DNA of 63,450 nt, the filler included, from Trichomonas gallinae (Eukaryota), in the NCBI GenBank assembly GCA_008369845.1. It is 7 parts of 7 records of this genome, joined end to end, with 100 filler letters (N's around TTAATTAATTAA, not from the genome) between each part and the next. Parts side by side here need not be neighbours in the genome. Positions count along the whole stretch, not along the records: positions 18,119 to 39,810 come from MRSU01000780.1; positions 39,911 to 44,685 come from MRSU01000781.1; 5 more parts are not named here. One strand, 5' to 3'. The notes under the pieces are model-generated. The model was given only the letters and a program-made list of their open reading frames with translations. It searched no databases and had not been told where the DNA came from. Numbering within the stretch: position 1 is the first letter of the stretch; each line of letters opens with the position of its first letter. The position numbers and the translations under genes are program-made. Positions 32,602 through 43,561 of the stretch are shown one piece after another.

Positions 32602-35600
32602 TTATGTAACTGTGTATGAGACAATTGTTCCAAACCTTCCTAAATTGACTTCACCGCGTTCTTTGATCTGGAATCCTCTACCATAGATTAGTTCATAGAC
32701 AGCTCTTGTCGTGTGAACGACATTCGTTGGCGCTTTCGCTGCAATTTCTTCTGCAAATTCGACAGTTTCGCCGCAGACTTCGAAGAAAGGTCTTCCGATG
32801 TCAATGACACCTATATATACTGGACCTCCTGTTGCGACTCCTATTCTTGTTTCAGCATCATTTCCACAGACAGCTTTTGCAGTCTTCAGTGCCTCAACAC
32901 CGAAGCTTATTGCATCATTTGCGTGTCTTTCGGATTGAGAAACTGTCTCGAAAATGCCGGCGCTCGCCACTAGATGGGATCCTACAATGTCGACGCTTGC
33001 TATCGTTGCGTATTTAGTTTGGACATTTTCAGAAAGCTTCGTGTGGATGTCAAGCAGCTGATCAATTGTCGCAGATGGAACAGATATTACTGCTATTGTA
33101 GCAGATTGTACAGAAAACGCTTCATTAGGATTATCAGCGAGAATCAAGTCCGCCATTTTGCTTGGCAGCATAACTTTGATCAATTCATTATGTCTTTCCT
33201 TTTCAGCCTGCAACTCGTTCTCCATTGCTTTGATGCTCGTGTTATCTTTCATGATCAAGTAGACTTTTGTGCCGAACTTTTGTATAGAAGCAATGGCAGA
33301 CTTTTCTCCAATTTCGAGCAAAAACTCCTTGGAAAAGTTTCCACGTGCGTAGTTGAAATCAACGTCAGCAGGAATTTCGTGTGATCCACCGAAGAACTCG
33401 TTCGCGAATTTGTTCATATTTGTCAGCTGGTCGCCTTCAATGACAGCGATACCATCTGGGAAATGCTCAGCTACTTCTTCGAACGCTGCATCATCAACTG
33501 CTTGTCCTGATCTAGCTTTAGTAGTAAAGTCTCCGCTTAATATTGTCATGATGTAATCTGACTGCAAAATAGACTGTGCTGGAGCATGTAGCAATTGATA
33601 CAAAATCATCTTCACTTCATCTGTCGCCTTCAATAATGAGATGCAATATCCAATAACAATGATTAAAGCAATTACGAAAATTACAACAGACTCGATGACC
33701 ATTTCGTCCTTTGTTTTAGATGATGCCTTCTGGAGAGCGTTGGACACTTCGAAGAACAGCGGGAATATTATCTCTCCAAGGATATTCTCTGTCGAGAAGA
33801 ACCATAGTAAGTTGAAATCAGTGCTGTTAACATCAATCGAATCATTTGCTTTGAGCTGGAGAGTAATCACGCGGCGTGTCAAGTCCAGCATCTTCATGAA
33901 GCGTGAAATCTCATCAGAGCACTTCATGATCTGGTATGATGTAAGGTTTTCACCTAATACATCGCAGTCTTTATTCCTGAATTTATCAGAATCGGCCGAA
34001 ATGAATCCATAAATAGGATCAATGTTTTTATCTGGGTTGCCGAATGTCATGACTTTGAAGTGCTCCTGCGCGTTCTTAAGGAAGTAGTCCATAACAGATT
34101 TAAGTCGGTCTGGGTTGATTATGTCCGACGCCATTGGGAATCGCTGGAAGATCGCGAGAACGTGAAGTGAAATGACTGCTTGATACGCGAATGAAAAACT
34201 GTGGATAACTTCGTGAATTTGCGGCGTCATTTGGTTGTAGTTCGATAAACTGTTCATGTACCATAAGCAGATGACTACAATGTTGGCTATTGTTAACACA
34301 ACGAGGATGAATGTGTAGAAGAAAATCTGAGCTTTCTTCGTTTGATCGCTGTTCATTTCACCTGACCTAAGGATAGCTATAGTCTTCTCTTCGATGTGCA
34401 GACGCTCGACATCGACTTGGTCAGGCTTCTCTGTTGCGTCATCATCCCTGCTGTCTGTCTGAGTGTTCATTTTCTCGATCATCTTCGACAGAATTGTCTT
34501 AGGAAGTGCGTGGAAGCAGCTGTATACTTTGATCTTTTGATTCGACATCCACTTAGCACAGATGAAAATGATGATGATCATAATAATAGGGAGAAAAATG
34601 CAGAGAATAATCATTGCATAAAACAAGGCTTTGCTGAGAGAAGTAGTCTGATGCTTCAAAAAGTCCATCATTAAGTCAGAAGCAGAATTGAGGCCGTCCT
34701 GGTAGTTCTGGAAGTTGGAAATAAACGAGAAAATGTGCCTGAAAACAAGATTAAGATCTGGACTCTTCGAAATTGTGATTGCATTTTGGACTATGTCCAT
34801 TATGATGAACTCCAAGCTCTGGTTTTCAACTGTGTAGTTTGTCTCCGATGAATATACTTGATAGCTTGTCATAGGAGTGAACAATAATTGAAGGGCTTCC
34901 GTGAATTGTGCTGTATCATATTTAGTGATTTTCGCTTTCGCAATTTCTTGCAAACGAATGATGATTTTTTCGATCATGCTGTCGACCATTGAGCCTGTTT
35001 TACAGCTTCCTCCTATAAGAGGTGACACTGAACCATCTTGCTCTGTATACGCAAGCGAACATGGGTCTTTGAATGTTTTAACTTTCTCGCCAATAAGATG
35101 AATAACCATTGCAGTTATTGTGACCATTTCGAGCTCTAATTCTGAAATGGAAGAGACGAGATTTGTTGGCTCTGTGACTCTTGTTTCGACATAAGAAACC
35201 ATGGAAATGCCAAGAATAGTCGGAACACCGATGAATAATATCAATAATAAAACATGAAGGAAAATTGTCCAGCGAAGTGATGGCAAATGAATGTTGTCGA
35301 TTGACATTCTCAGCCTGCTCTGTGTCTCTTCGTCTGAATCCAATGATTGCGCAAGATCATTATTCATTAAGCCTTGATCATCGAGTTGGATGGCATTCTG
35401 AACGGAGAACCTGTTGTCCTTTGTATTACTAAACAGTGGATGAAGTGGTAAGAATGGGAATGAATATCTACCGAAGATATAAATTTGATCAACATTTTCC
35501 ATGTGTCCGCTCTGCAAATTCTTCACTTTCTCTTTCAAAGATTCTGACTCTGCGATATTTGCAAGGATCTCTTTCTGATAATTCGCATAAGCCATTATTG

Positions 35601-37155
35601 CATATTGATTATTTGAGTGATAATTCAAGATGTACATGAATTTAACGTCAAGTTGTCCAATGCTCTTGTAGACTGAATTGAAGAGAGATTCCAAATCGGT
35701 CATATTTCCTGAAAGAATTGTTTCCCATGCATTTCTCATTCTTAGCTTCGCTGTTGCCGTCAATTGACCTATAGCAGCCAATTTCTTCTTCAAACTGACA
35801 GAAAGAATAGACTCACGACGCATCAAAATCGTTTGTATTTGAGATTCAATGAAGAACGAAGCCGTACTGCGATTTTCTGCGATCTTTAAGTGATGATAGA
35901 TCCAGCTTAACTGATTAAACTCTTCAGGATAAATTACAAGCAATTTTGCGTAAATTATAATTAAATTCATATTGCTTGGATGCTGTTGGATCAAGTCTTT
36001 GAATATGTTGTAGGAGAGGCAGTAATGATGTGAGAAAGTGAAGCCTCTAGTTATCTTGTGGAATAATGAGAATAAAAATTTGTGATGAGAAAGAAGAGAA
36101 GGATCAGCTTCGTAGTCATCAAGCTCAGACAAATTGCGAGATGCGCTGCCATTTTCAACGAAATAGTAGATAAGCGCGATGATAATGAAAACAAGAAAAG
36201 TTATCGCGATTAAATAATCAGGAACAGCTTTTTTCAAGATCTTAAAGACTATTGCGAAGATGCTAGCTACAAAACTCATGCCAAATGATGCCATTAATAT
36301 GATTTTTCGTGGTTTGTTAATAATAATTCCGAAATAAAGAACGTTAACGCAGCATATCACACAGAAAATGGGCACTAGAACAGCTGCTATGTATGAGGCT
36401 ATAGTGTTTGTTGTATTGGCTTCTAATTCAGCTAAGCCACACATAAATGAAACAAGATTCATCATACTAGCGTTCTGGTTCTGGAAAATAAGTGGCAATG
36501 AAGATGGGAAGAAGAATATCGATGCTTTGTTAATGTTGAAAGATACAAAAACCATAACTGTGAAACACACTAAAATGATGCTCGCTTCGACGTATTGCGT
36601 TGATGTAGAGTTTGGTAGTGAATATAGATGGAATATAGCTGTAAAAGCGAAAGGTTGTGGTATCATATCAATAAATTCTAGTGTAACAGATAGAATTCTA
36701 GGAATTACAAACGGTACAGTTGATTTCTTCTTGAAGTAGTATGATATTGAGCCTATGAAAATGATGTAAACAACAATAACAACCGAATAAATCCATCCAA
36801 AAACTTGAATTGCGGATGTTGTCGAGCTAACAGGTATTAATCGACTGAATACTGATCCAAGAATAGCAACAGGATACGTTTTAGCTTCAGTCGGGTATAA
36901 AATTGTATCACCCCAATAAAAACCTGCGCAAATTACTTGTAAACACCTGATAAAGAATGAGAGACGATATATAATGTGTTGTATGGGCAAAACACTGTAC
37001 ACATACGAGTAGAGCGCAAATAACGAGAATACCCATCGCTTTACAGGATTTCTCCTTAAGAAGCTGAGCTCGTCGTCATTTGATGAGAGAATCGAAGACG
37101 ACGAAAAACCTGTTGTAGAGGTAGTAGATGTATCAGAAGTGTCGCTCGTTCTCAT
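32602..37155 (-). CDS. Transmembrane adenylate/guanylate cyclase family protein with degenerate catalytic domain (1517 aa)
   Basis: Multi-TM N-terminus, further TM pairs, PAS-like segment, ExERHNELIKVMLP coiled coil and class III cyclase fold (RIGVATGGP, FEVCGETV, IKERGEV). Confidence 0.88.
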   Translation of the reverse strand: MRTSDTSDTSTTSTTGFSSSSILSSNDDELSFLRRNPVKRWVFSLFALYSYVYSVLPIQHIIYRLSFFIRCLQVICAGFYWGDTILYPTEAKTYPVAILGSVFSRLIPVSSTTSAIQVFGWIYSVVIVVYIIFIGSISYYFKKKSTVPFVIPRILSVTLEFIDMIPQPFAFTAIFHLYSLPNSTSTQYVEASIILVCFTVMVFVSFNINKASIFFFPSSLPLIFQNQNASMMNLVSFMCGLAELEANTTNTIASYIAAVLVPIFCVICCVNVLYFGIIINKPRKIILMASFGMSFVASIFAIVFKILKKAVPDYLIAITFLVFIIIALIYYFVENGSASRNLSELDDYEADPSLLSHHKFLFSLFHKITRGFTFSHHYCLSYNIFKDLIQQHPSNMNLIIIYAKLLVIYPEEFNQLSWIYHHLKIAENRSTASFFIESQIQTILMRRESILSVSLKKKLAAIGQLTATAKLRMRNAWETILSGNMTDLESLFNSVYKSIGQLDVKFMYILNYHSNNQYAIMAYANYQKEILANIAESESLKEKVKNLQSGHMENVDQIYIFGRYSFPFLPLHPLFSNTKDNRFSVQNAIQLDDQGLMNNDLAQSLDSDEETQSRLRMSIDNIHLPSLRWTIFLHVLLLILFIGVPTILGISMVSYVETRVTEPTNLVSSISELELEMVTITAMVIHLIGEKVKTFKDPCSLAYTEQDGSVSPLIGGSCKTGSMVDSMIEKIIIRLQEIAKAKITKYDTAQFTEALQLLFTPMTSYQVYSSETNYTVENQSLEFIIMDIVQNAITISKSPDLNLVFRHIFSFISNFQNYQDGLNSASDLMMDFLKHQTTSLSKALFYAMIILCIFLPIIMIIIIFICAKWMSNQKIKVYSCFHALPKTILSKMIEKMNTQTDSRDDDATEKPDQVDVERLHIEEKTIAILRSGEMNSDQTKKAQIFFYTFILVVLTIANIVVICLWYMNSLSNYNQMTPQIHEVIHSFSFAYQAVISLHVLAIFQRFPMASDIINPDRLKSVMDYFLKNAQEHFKVMTFGNPDKNIDPIYGFISADSDKFRNKDCDVLGENLTSYQIMKCSDEISRFMKMLDLTRRVITLQLKANDSIDVNSTDFNLLWFFSTENILGEIIFPLFFEVSNALQKASSKTKDEMVIESVVIFVIALIIVIGYCISLLKATDEVKMILYQLLHAPAQSILQSDYIMTILSGDFTTKARSGQAVDDAAFEEVAEHFPDGIAVIEGDQLTNMNKFANEFFGGSHEIPADVDFNYARGNFSKEFLLEIGEKSAIASIQKFGTKVYLIMKDNTSIKAMENELQAEKERHNELIKVMLPSKMADLILADNPNEAFSVQSATIAVISVPSATIDQLLDIHTKLSENVQTKYATIASVDIVGSHLVASAGIFETVSQSERHANDAISFGVEALKTAKAVCGNDAETRIGVATGGPVYIGVIDIGRPFFEVCGETVEFAEEIAAKAPTNVVHTTRAVYELIYGRGFQIKERGEVNLGRFGTIVSYTVT

Positions 37156-38078
37156 TTTTTTTTAAATTTTCTATGTAAAGAAAAAAAAATTTTTTTTTTT
37201 TTGATCAACAAAAAAATTTTTACAAAATGAAACAATTGATATTTATCTATTTTTATAAAGTTTTAATAAGTTTTTAGAGAAAATTACTAATCAATTTTTT
37301 TAAAAAAAAATATCAATATGAAATGATTGATTTTTTCATATTTTGATATACAGTCTAATTTTATATGATATTAATAAATTTTTAGAGAAAATTATTAAAA
37401 ATGTAAATTTGTTATTATGTATAATAATAGTAAATCATAATAATTCCAAAATTTTTCGAATATGTTTCGGTGAACTTTTATTCACGAAATTCACTCAACA
37501 AACATTCTATTTTTGTCTATAGTTAATGAGTAATGAAACAGAGGCGAAAAAATTGAAAAATATTTTATTGCGCAATAAAAATCTTTCGTATTTCAGAATA
37601 TTTAAATCTATGATTGAATTAATTATACCATTTAGATGCTAATATTATGATGCAATAAGTAATTATTGAAATAATTTTTTATTTCAACATTAATTAAAGT
37701 GAAACTCATAAAATGATATTTATATCATATCATAAAGTGGGGAATATAGCGATATATTCGATAAGACGTCTGTATTATCTATTTTTAAATTTTTATTGAC
37801 CAAATATTCCGATCATGAGCCAAGAATGAAATTTTACCTAATAATTGAAATTATAGATCATGATATTTCAAAATCAAAAGAAAAAATTAAATCTTGGAAA
37901 TTAAATAAATGGGTAAAGTTTCTCATGGATTTAGAAGCTGTTAAATGTGGTAATTGTATTTTTAGATATATTTTTGTTCATTTGAGTAAATTATTATTAG
38001 TATTATTTTTTATTCAGTAATGAAGGGAGATGTATAATGAAATATCATTTTAAAACTATATTAGTTATAAACACGCCT

Positions 38079-38255
38079 TTATTCTTCCTCTTCCTCGGAC
38101 TTGTTTTGGCCAGCCTTAGCATAGCGTGCATTGCGGAGGAACTTAGCGTTCATTCCCTTCTCGAACCAGAGTTTCTTGACAACGCACTTGTGGATACCAT
38201 TGCGGTGGTGCTGGTGTGACCTGTTGTGGGCAGATGTGTTGGATCTTTTAGCCAT
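38079..38255 (-). CDS. RPL29: 60S ribosomal protein L29 (eL29), 58 aa
   Basis: MAKRSNTSAHNRSHQHHRNGIHK...KGMNAKFLRNARYAK. CCTTT element just upstream of the ATG. Confidence 0.93.
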   Translation of the reverse strand: MAKRSNTSAHNRSHQHHRNGIHKCVVKKLWFEKGMNAKFLRNARYAKAGQNKSEEEEE

Positions 38256-38260
38256 TGGAT

Positions 38261-38274
38261 AAAGGCAGGCCAAA
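38261..38274 (-). promoter_or_regulatory. CCTTT (M5-type) core promoter of RPL29
   Basis: TTTGGCCTGCCTTT ends 5 nt before the ATG; a near-identical 14-mer precedes RPL11. Confidence 0.7.
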
Positions 38275-38641
38275 GATAATCGTTTTCCCCTCAAATATTT
38301 TTTATTTTCTATATTTTCTTTTTTCATCCCTATATATGGAAAGATGAGACATAATAATGCCTGAATTCATCAATAAATTGATTTAAAAGCAGGATTTTAA
38401 AGTTTTAAAAAATATCGAGCTTTCAGCCTATGATGATGAAAGCATCGATAAATCAATCTCAAATCCTGGATATATCGAAAAGATGTCAAAAGGCGCATAG
38501 TACAGCATTGCAGATATATTTATATCTATATCTATCCGAATCTAAATGATCAAGTGAAAGATTCTTTGAGTTTCATATTCACTACAATCGATAATTTAAA
38601 ATAATAAACAACTACAAAAAACCACTGATAATCTGAAATAA

Positions 38642-39187
38642 TTAGAATGGTAATGTATTAAGAATAACAGCAAAATTTGATGGAGGTGGTGGGCATAAAG
38701 ACAAAACAGGAATAAAAGGATGCGGATAGCATTGCTTATAATCGTTAGGATTAATATTTGGAATATCAATAGAAACAGTAGCAGCTAGTGGAGGAGCCCT
38801 TTGTTCTATGATTTTCTGTGTCATTTCTGTCTTTTGAATTTCCTGATTAATTTCTTCATCGAGATCAACAGTCTTTAAATCGACAGATGGTCTGCGCAAT
38901 GGACGTTTAATGACTGTCGATGGCTTCTTATTAAGTTTTGTAGCTTTTGATACTTTTGATTCCGAACTTTTAGCGGAAGCTTTCGCTCCTGCCTTTTGTC
39001 CTGCAGCTTTCGATGTAGCCTTTGTTGGCTTACCTTTTGCAGTCTTCGCTGGAGCTTTTTTAGCAGCAGTACCAGGACGTGCGGTAGATGCTTTCGTGCC
39101 GCTCTTAGCAGATTTCGCTGGGGAAGCTTTCGCTGCTGGTCTAGCAGCAGAAGATCCATTTCGAAGTTTCAACGGTCGAGCTGACAT
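38642..39187 (-). CDS. Basic Lys/Ala-rich low-complexity protein (181 aa)
   Basis: PAAKASPAKSAK...KAPAKTAK N-terminal half and Pro-rich C-terminus. Confidence 0.75.
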   Translation of the reverse strand: MSARPLKLRNGSSAARPAAKASPAKSAKSGTKASTARPGTAAKKAPAKTAKGKPTKATSKAAGQKAGAKASAKSSESKVSKATKLNKKPSTVIKRPLRRPSVDLKTVDLDEEINQEIQKTEMTQKIIEQRAPPLAATVSIDIPNINPNDYKQCYPHPFIPVLSLCPPPPSNFAVILNTLPF

Positions 39188-39810
39188 TTCTCGACGTATC
39201 TTCTCAAACTGTCAAAAACCGAAATCAAATGTCAAAAAATATATCTTTACATGGCATAAGAAATATTTGAATGCATTACTTGACAAAGATTTTATAGGAT
39301 ATAGATGAGAATTGCATTATTTCTATCTATATGTTTCTTTTCAAGATTCAGTATTTATATCGAACAATATGCATACAGAATGTGAAAAATATTCAAGACA
39401 TTTACATGAAGTTTTTATACCCTTGCGTCTAATTCAAAAAATATTTGTAACATAGTTATGGGAACTGTCCAATCCATAGATTAAAATTGGTATATTGTGT
39501 TTTTGGCGAAATACATGAAATTTTAATCCGAATTATCGAGAATAAAGTATATTCGATACATTCATTAGTATATAATGTTATTAGTAGCGTATATAGTTAT
39601 CTGTAAATGTATAACAAAGCCATGTCTCTAATATTGTTTGTGTGAAAAATTTGCAAATGTTTAAACTTCGTATTTAGAAGATTTAATTATTTTAGATTGA
39701 TTTAAATGCGTGTTTTATATTAGAATAAAGAAAAGGGGGGAAACTTCGGCTCTTACCGGATTTCTTCTTGAAACTCATATGGTAGATCCAGCATGCCATG
39801 GTGAGAAAAT

Positions 39811-39910
39811 NNNNNNNNNNNNNNNNNNNNNNNNNNNNNNNNNNNNNNNNNNNNTTAATTAATTAANNNNNNNNNNNNNNNNNNNNNNNNNNNNNNNNNN
39901 NNNNNNNNNN
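39811..39910. other. Assembly gap spacer
   Basis: N44-TTAATTAATTAA-N44. Confidence 0.98.
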
Positions 39911-39974
39911 CAGCACCTGGGTTGATGTTGATGCAAAGCTTTGCAACACGGATCTCGTTGAGCTTGTTAGACAT
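39911..39974 (-). CDS. RPL11: 60S ribosomal protein L11 (uL5), 5' fragment truncated by gap
   Basis: MSNKLNEIRVAKLCININPGA resembles the uL5 N-terminus (NPMRxLRIxKLxLNI). High-expression codon usage and upstream CCTTT. Confidence 0.8.
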
Positions 39975-39976
39975 CG

Positions 39977-39998
39977 AAAGGCCGACCAAAGAAACCGC
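39977..39998 (-). promoter_or_regulatory. CCTTT (M5-type) plus GCGGTT (M3/Myb-type) core promoter of RPL11
   Basis: GCGGTTTCTTTGGTCGGCCTTT-CG-ATG on the minus strand. Confidence 0.7.
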
Positions 39999-40847
39999 CA
40001 AAACCGAAAATTTCATGCCCCGCCTTTTTTATATTTATATCCGTACTATACATATGATATTCATCACGAAAATAAAATTAAAATTCGCAAAATCTCATTT
40101 TTTGAAATTTGATATTTTCAATATCATAATGAACTGCTTTCTATATCATAAATTTCCTCTTATAATAGTTAATACTTTCCATTTTCAAATAATTTTAATG
40201 AAATATAATGATTTTTCTTTTTCAAAAAATTTAAACGAATCATTGATACTTGAAAAACAAGCCACATTTATAATATTCCTACAAAATGATAATCGTAAAA
40301 GATTTCAAGGATGAAACATGATAATATTATTTCTCTTGATAAAATATATCAATTTTCGATATTGTCAATCATTATTCATACAAAAATCTGTGTAGATTCA
40401 TATTCCAAGTGCTAGACACCATTCCATTTTGGAACTGATCATTTTGTATTAATCACAATCAAAATCTATATTATAGACCAATTTTATTCGATCGATCACT
40501 CTCCATGGCTCTTTATACATCTACCTGATCGATTACATTATCTATATCATAAACTGAGAGTAAACCTGTGATAAAATTTGACATGTAAATCATCAAATTT
40601 ATGCCACCCTTACAACAAACGACTGCTTTTTATGATCCTTCTGACTGTAATTAAGGAATATATTATATTTATTTCATTAGATGATGTAGACGAAAAAATA
40701 AAAATTACCGGATTTTTTTTAAAGGGATAGAAGGGATAGAAAAAGTTTAGAATGTATAAAAACAAAAGTATAATATAAAAGCTCTATTCAATATATGAAG
40801 GTGCTGAAGAGTTTTTGTTAATCTTCAGTATGATAATAAAATTCAAC

Positions 40848-41291
40848 TTACCAAAACTTTGGCAAAGCAGTGCTGGATGGAGAGTTAATGGAGGATGGAA
40901 CTGCGAAAGGCATATCATTGACAGAGATCTCGTTTGGTCTCTTGATTCCATTGAACCTCTTTACGATCTTGCCAAAGTACTTTGGTGTGGAGTCAATCTT
41001 GGAGTACATTATATCTTTGATGCGCTCGACTTCTTTCTTTAAATCTGCCACCTGAGTTGCCGAAAAACCTGGCTTTCTCTGTGATCTGTTGATCTGTGGC
41101 ACTAAGTAAACATGAGAGCCACTTGCAATATTATAAAAACCTAATGGCATTGTAGGGAGTAAAACTTGATTGTTGTAAAGAATAAGGGAATCCATTGACT
41201 TGAATGTCTCCTGGAGTGAGCTTACACTATCTGTCTGATGGAATGTGTGGTTGTGTATTTTGTTGTCGTGAGTATGTATCCAAAGTTGCAT
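40848..41291 (-). CDS. Hypothetical protein with ubiquitin-like N-terminal domain (147 aa)
   Basis: MQLWIHT...DSVSSLQ...LILYNNQVL...LGFYNIASGSHVYLV follows the ubiquitin-fold pattern. Confidence 0.7.
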   Translation of the reverse strand: MQLWIHTHDNKIHNHTFHQTDSVSSLQETFKSMDSLILYNNQVLLPTMPLGFYNIASGSHVYLVPQINRSQRKPGFSATQVADLKKEVERIKDIMYSKIDSTPKYFGKIVKRFNGIKRPNEISVNDMPFAVPSSINSPSSTALPKFW

Positions 41292-42969
41292 TAGTTATAA
41301 AATGAATTTTGAAAAATTTAATTTTGACGGAATTAATGGCCATCGAGATTTTATAAGTTATTTGGGTTGCTTAGCATTAGATAACCATATATATTAAATT
41401 TGAAGGAAAAATTAAAAATTTTTGATTTTTTCTTATGCACTAATTATAGGAAATATAATGAGATAATTGCCATTTATATCATTATTTTTCTGAGGTTTAT
41501 TAGCCGAGTTTGAATACCCGAAATTGTGAGAGAGTTTTGATGGGGTAATTTGCTAGAAAACATCTGTATTTATAAACGTAGATAACCATAATTAAATAAT
41601 GTTGGGTAAATCAATCGAAATTGAATGAAAATTTTCAAAAATAAAAATAAATTATAAATAATACATCTAAATTCATACTGGAGTAAAATGGCAAACTTTC
41701 AAAATTTAAAAGAATTTAATAATAAATATATTTTTACTAATTAGATCATATTTATAGAGAAATTAGTTTGTGAGATGATTGAAAAATTAATTTTTTGAAT
41801 TAAAAATGACGGGGTTTGAACAAGTATTTTTTTTTTTTTTTTTTGAGACAAAAGCTGTTATTTTTTTAATGGTTCTTTTCTAATTATTAAGCTGTATTCA
41901 TATTAATACATCGAATTTCTAAATGTTCGTATGTTTTTATTGAGGGAGTATCGAGATTGAAGATAAATTTTTTCATGTCCATCGTTGGGAAACGATTACA
42001 AATGAAATGTTGATTGTTGATGTGTGTACTGCAAATGGCATTTATTCGATACAGATGGAATTGATAGTACCGGTTTACAGTGTTCGCTAACAATTTTGAG
42101 ATGGCGCGGTAAACACGAAATTTTACGTATCTGTAGGTTAACCATCGTATTTCCTAACAGTTTACATGGAAAAATCGGAAAATTAATTGATTCTTTGCAA
42201 CGATGCTAAAAGTCTCACTTTTTGCGTAAAAAACTACTCAAAAAAAAAAAAAAAAAAAAACTCGCACGCGGCTAGTATGCCAAATGCGTAAGGTAAATTT
42301 TTTACTTTTTGGATTTTGCGTACCGGGTGCATGGTTTTTCGTTGAACGAAAGATCGTTGCCGTATTTTCACAAAAAATATTAACAAATTCTTAGTATTTT
42401 GTAAGTATTTTCTTATCGGATTATGCTATTGCATTTGTAATTAATGAAATTTGATGAGATATTTTTATAGAGCTTATTTCCTTAAAATCAGTCAAAATCA
42501 TTAAGATAATATTAACAATTCTCATATTAATGTTTGGTTTTAAAGTAAATACAATTCTGATGACAACAAACAGCGAGTTATCATTTTTCGTAACTTGATG
42601 TTGATCTAAAACATCAAAAATGAGAAAATTTAATGTTCGTTGCAGTATACATAACAGTATTACACTAATATTTGATTTATTAACCATATATATATATTTT
42701 AGAATCTGAAAAGGAATATTACATGATAAACATCGTCAAATTTAATTTAATATCAGAAAGGATATTTTTGTCTTAGTTTACTGAGTGGAATTCTGTTGGA
42801 AATGCAATATTTTATAGGTGTGCTTCATATTATACTCCTTTACATTACCCAAATCATTATTTCCCTCAAGGTTTAAATAAGATTGTTCATTACGTGCATG
42901 AAAGGAAAAATCGGGCGAAAAATGTTCAATATTGTCCAACAGAATTCAGATTTATGTATTTTTTTTTTA

Positions 42970-43455
42970 AAAATCAAATCATATTCTCTAGCTTTGCAAA
43001 ATGCTATAATAATATCATACAGATTTAAATCCGGAGTTTTAATTCCTATAATAAGAAATCAAATTTTGAAAAAAAAAATATTAAACTCAAACCATTTTCT
43101 CTAACACCACAAAATGCTGTATTATCATCATACATATTTAAAACTGAAGATTTAATCCCTAAAATAAGGAATCAATTTTTGAAAAAAATAATAATTTGAA
43201 TCAATCATTATAACACTGTGAAATGCTATGATAGTGCCATACATATTTAAATCAGAAGTTTCAATTCCTAAAATAAGAAATCAAATTTCTCAAGAAATAT
43301 AAAATCGAATCATTGTCTTTAACACCGAAAAATGCTATAATAATATACAAAAGGTTTAAATCCGAAGTTTTAATTCCTAAAATAAGAAATCAAAATTTTA
43401 TTTTTTTCCAAAAAAATCGAATCATTTTCTCTAACACTGCGAAATGCTATAATGA
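42970..43455. repeat. Degenerate tandem repeat, ~111-bp unit, ~4.4 copies
   Basis: AAATGCT anchors at ~42998, 43112, 43221, 43330 and 43442. Conserved AAT(T/C)CCTA(A/T)AATAAG(A/G)AATCAA block in each full unit. Confidence 0.9.
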
Positions 43456-43561
43456 CACGCAAGAGATTCAGAAATGAGCGAGAAAAGCTATGATTGGAAT
43501 GTGGTCAGGTGACTTAACAACGATATTGAATGCCCGTTTATTTTTTGGTCATTTTGAGTTC

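Noticed and set aside
38256..38327. 24-aa extension of RPL29
   Set aside because: eL29 begins MAK and the extension runs through the CCTTT promoter.
38642..39187. Histone H1 call for the Lys/Ala-rich protein
   Set aside because: Only compositional similarity; no winged-helix globular domain is recognisable and the C-terminus is unrelated.
39735..39810. GC-richer stretch before the gap as the 3' end of RPL11
   Set aside because: No frame resembles the uL5 C-terminus; too short to assign.
39922..40314. 130-aa plus-strand ORF
   Set aside because: TTG start, antisense to RPL11 and its promoter, low-complexity AT-rich translation.
42970..43455. CRISPR-like array
   Set aside because: Whole units are homologous with no unique spacers, the context is eukaryotic, and there are no cas genes.
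43490..43561. N-terminal extension of CCT3 from ATG 43490
   Set aside because: Homology starts at MQSPIIVL and an Inr (TCATTT) sits just before ATG 43562.
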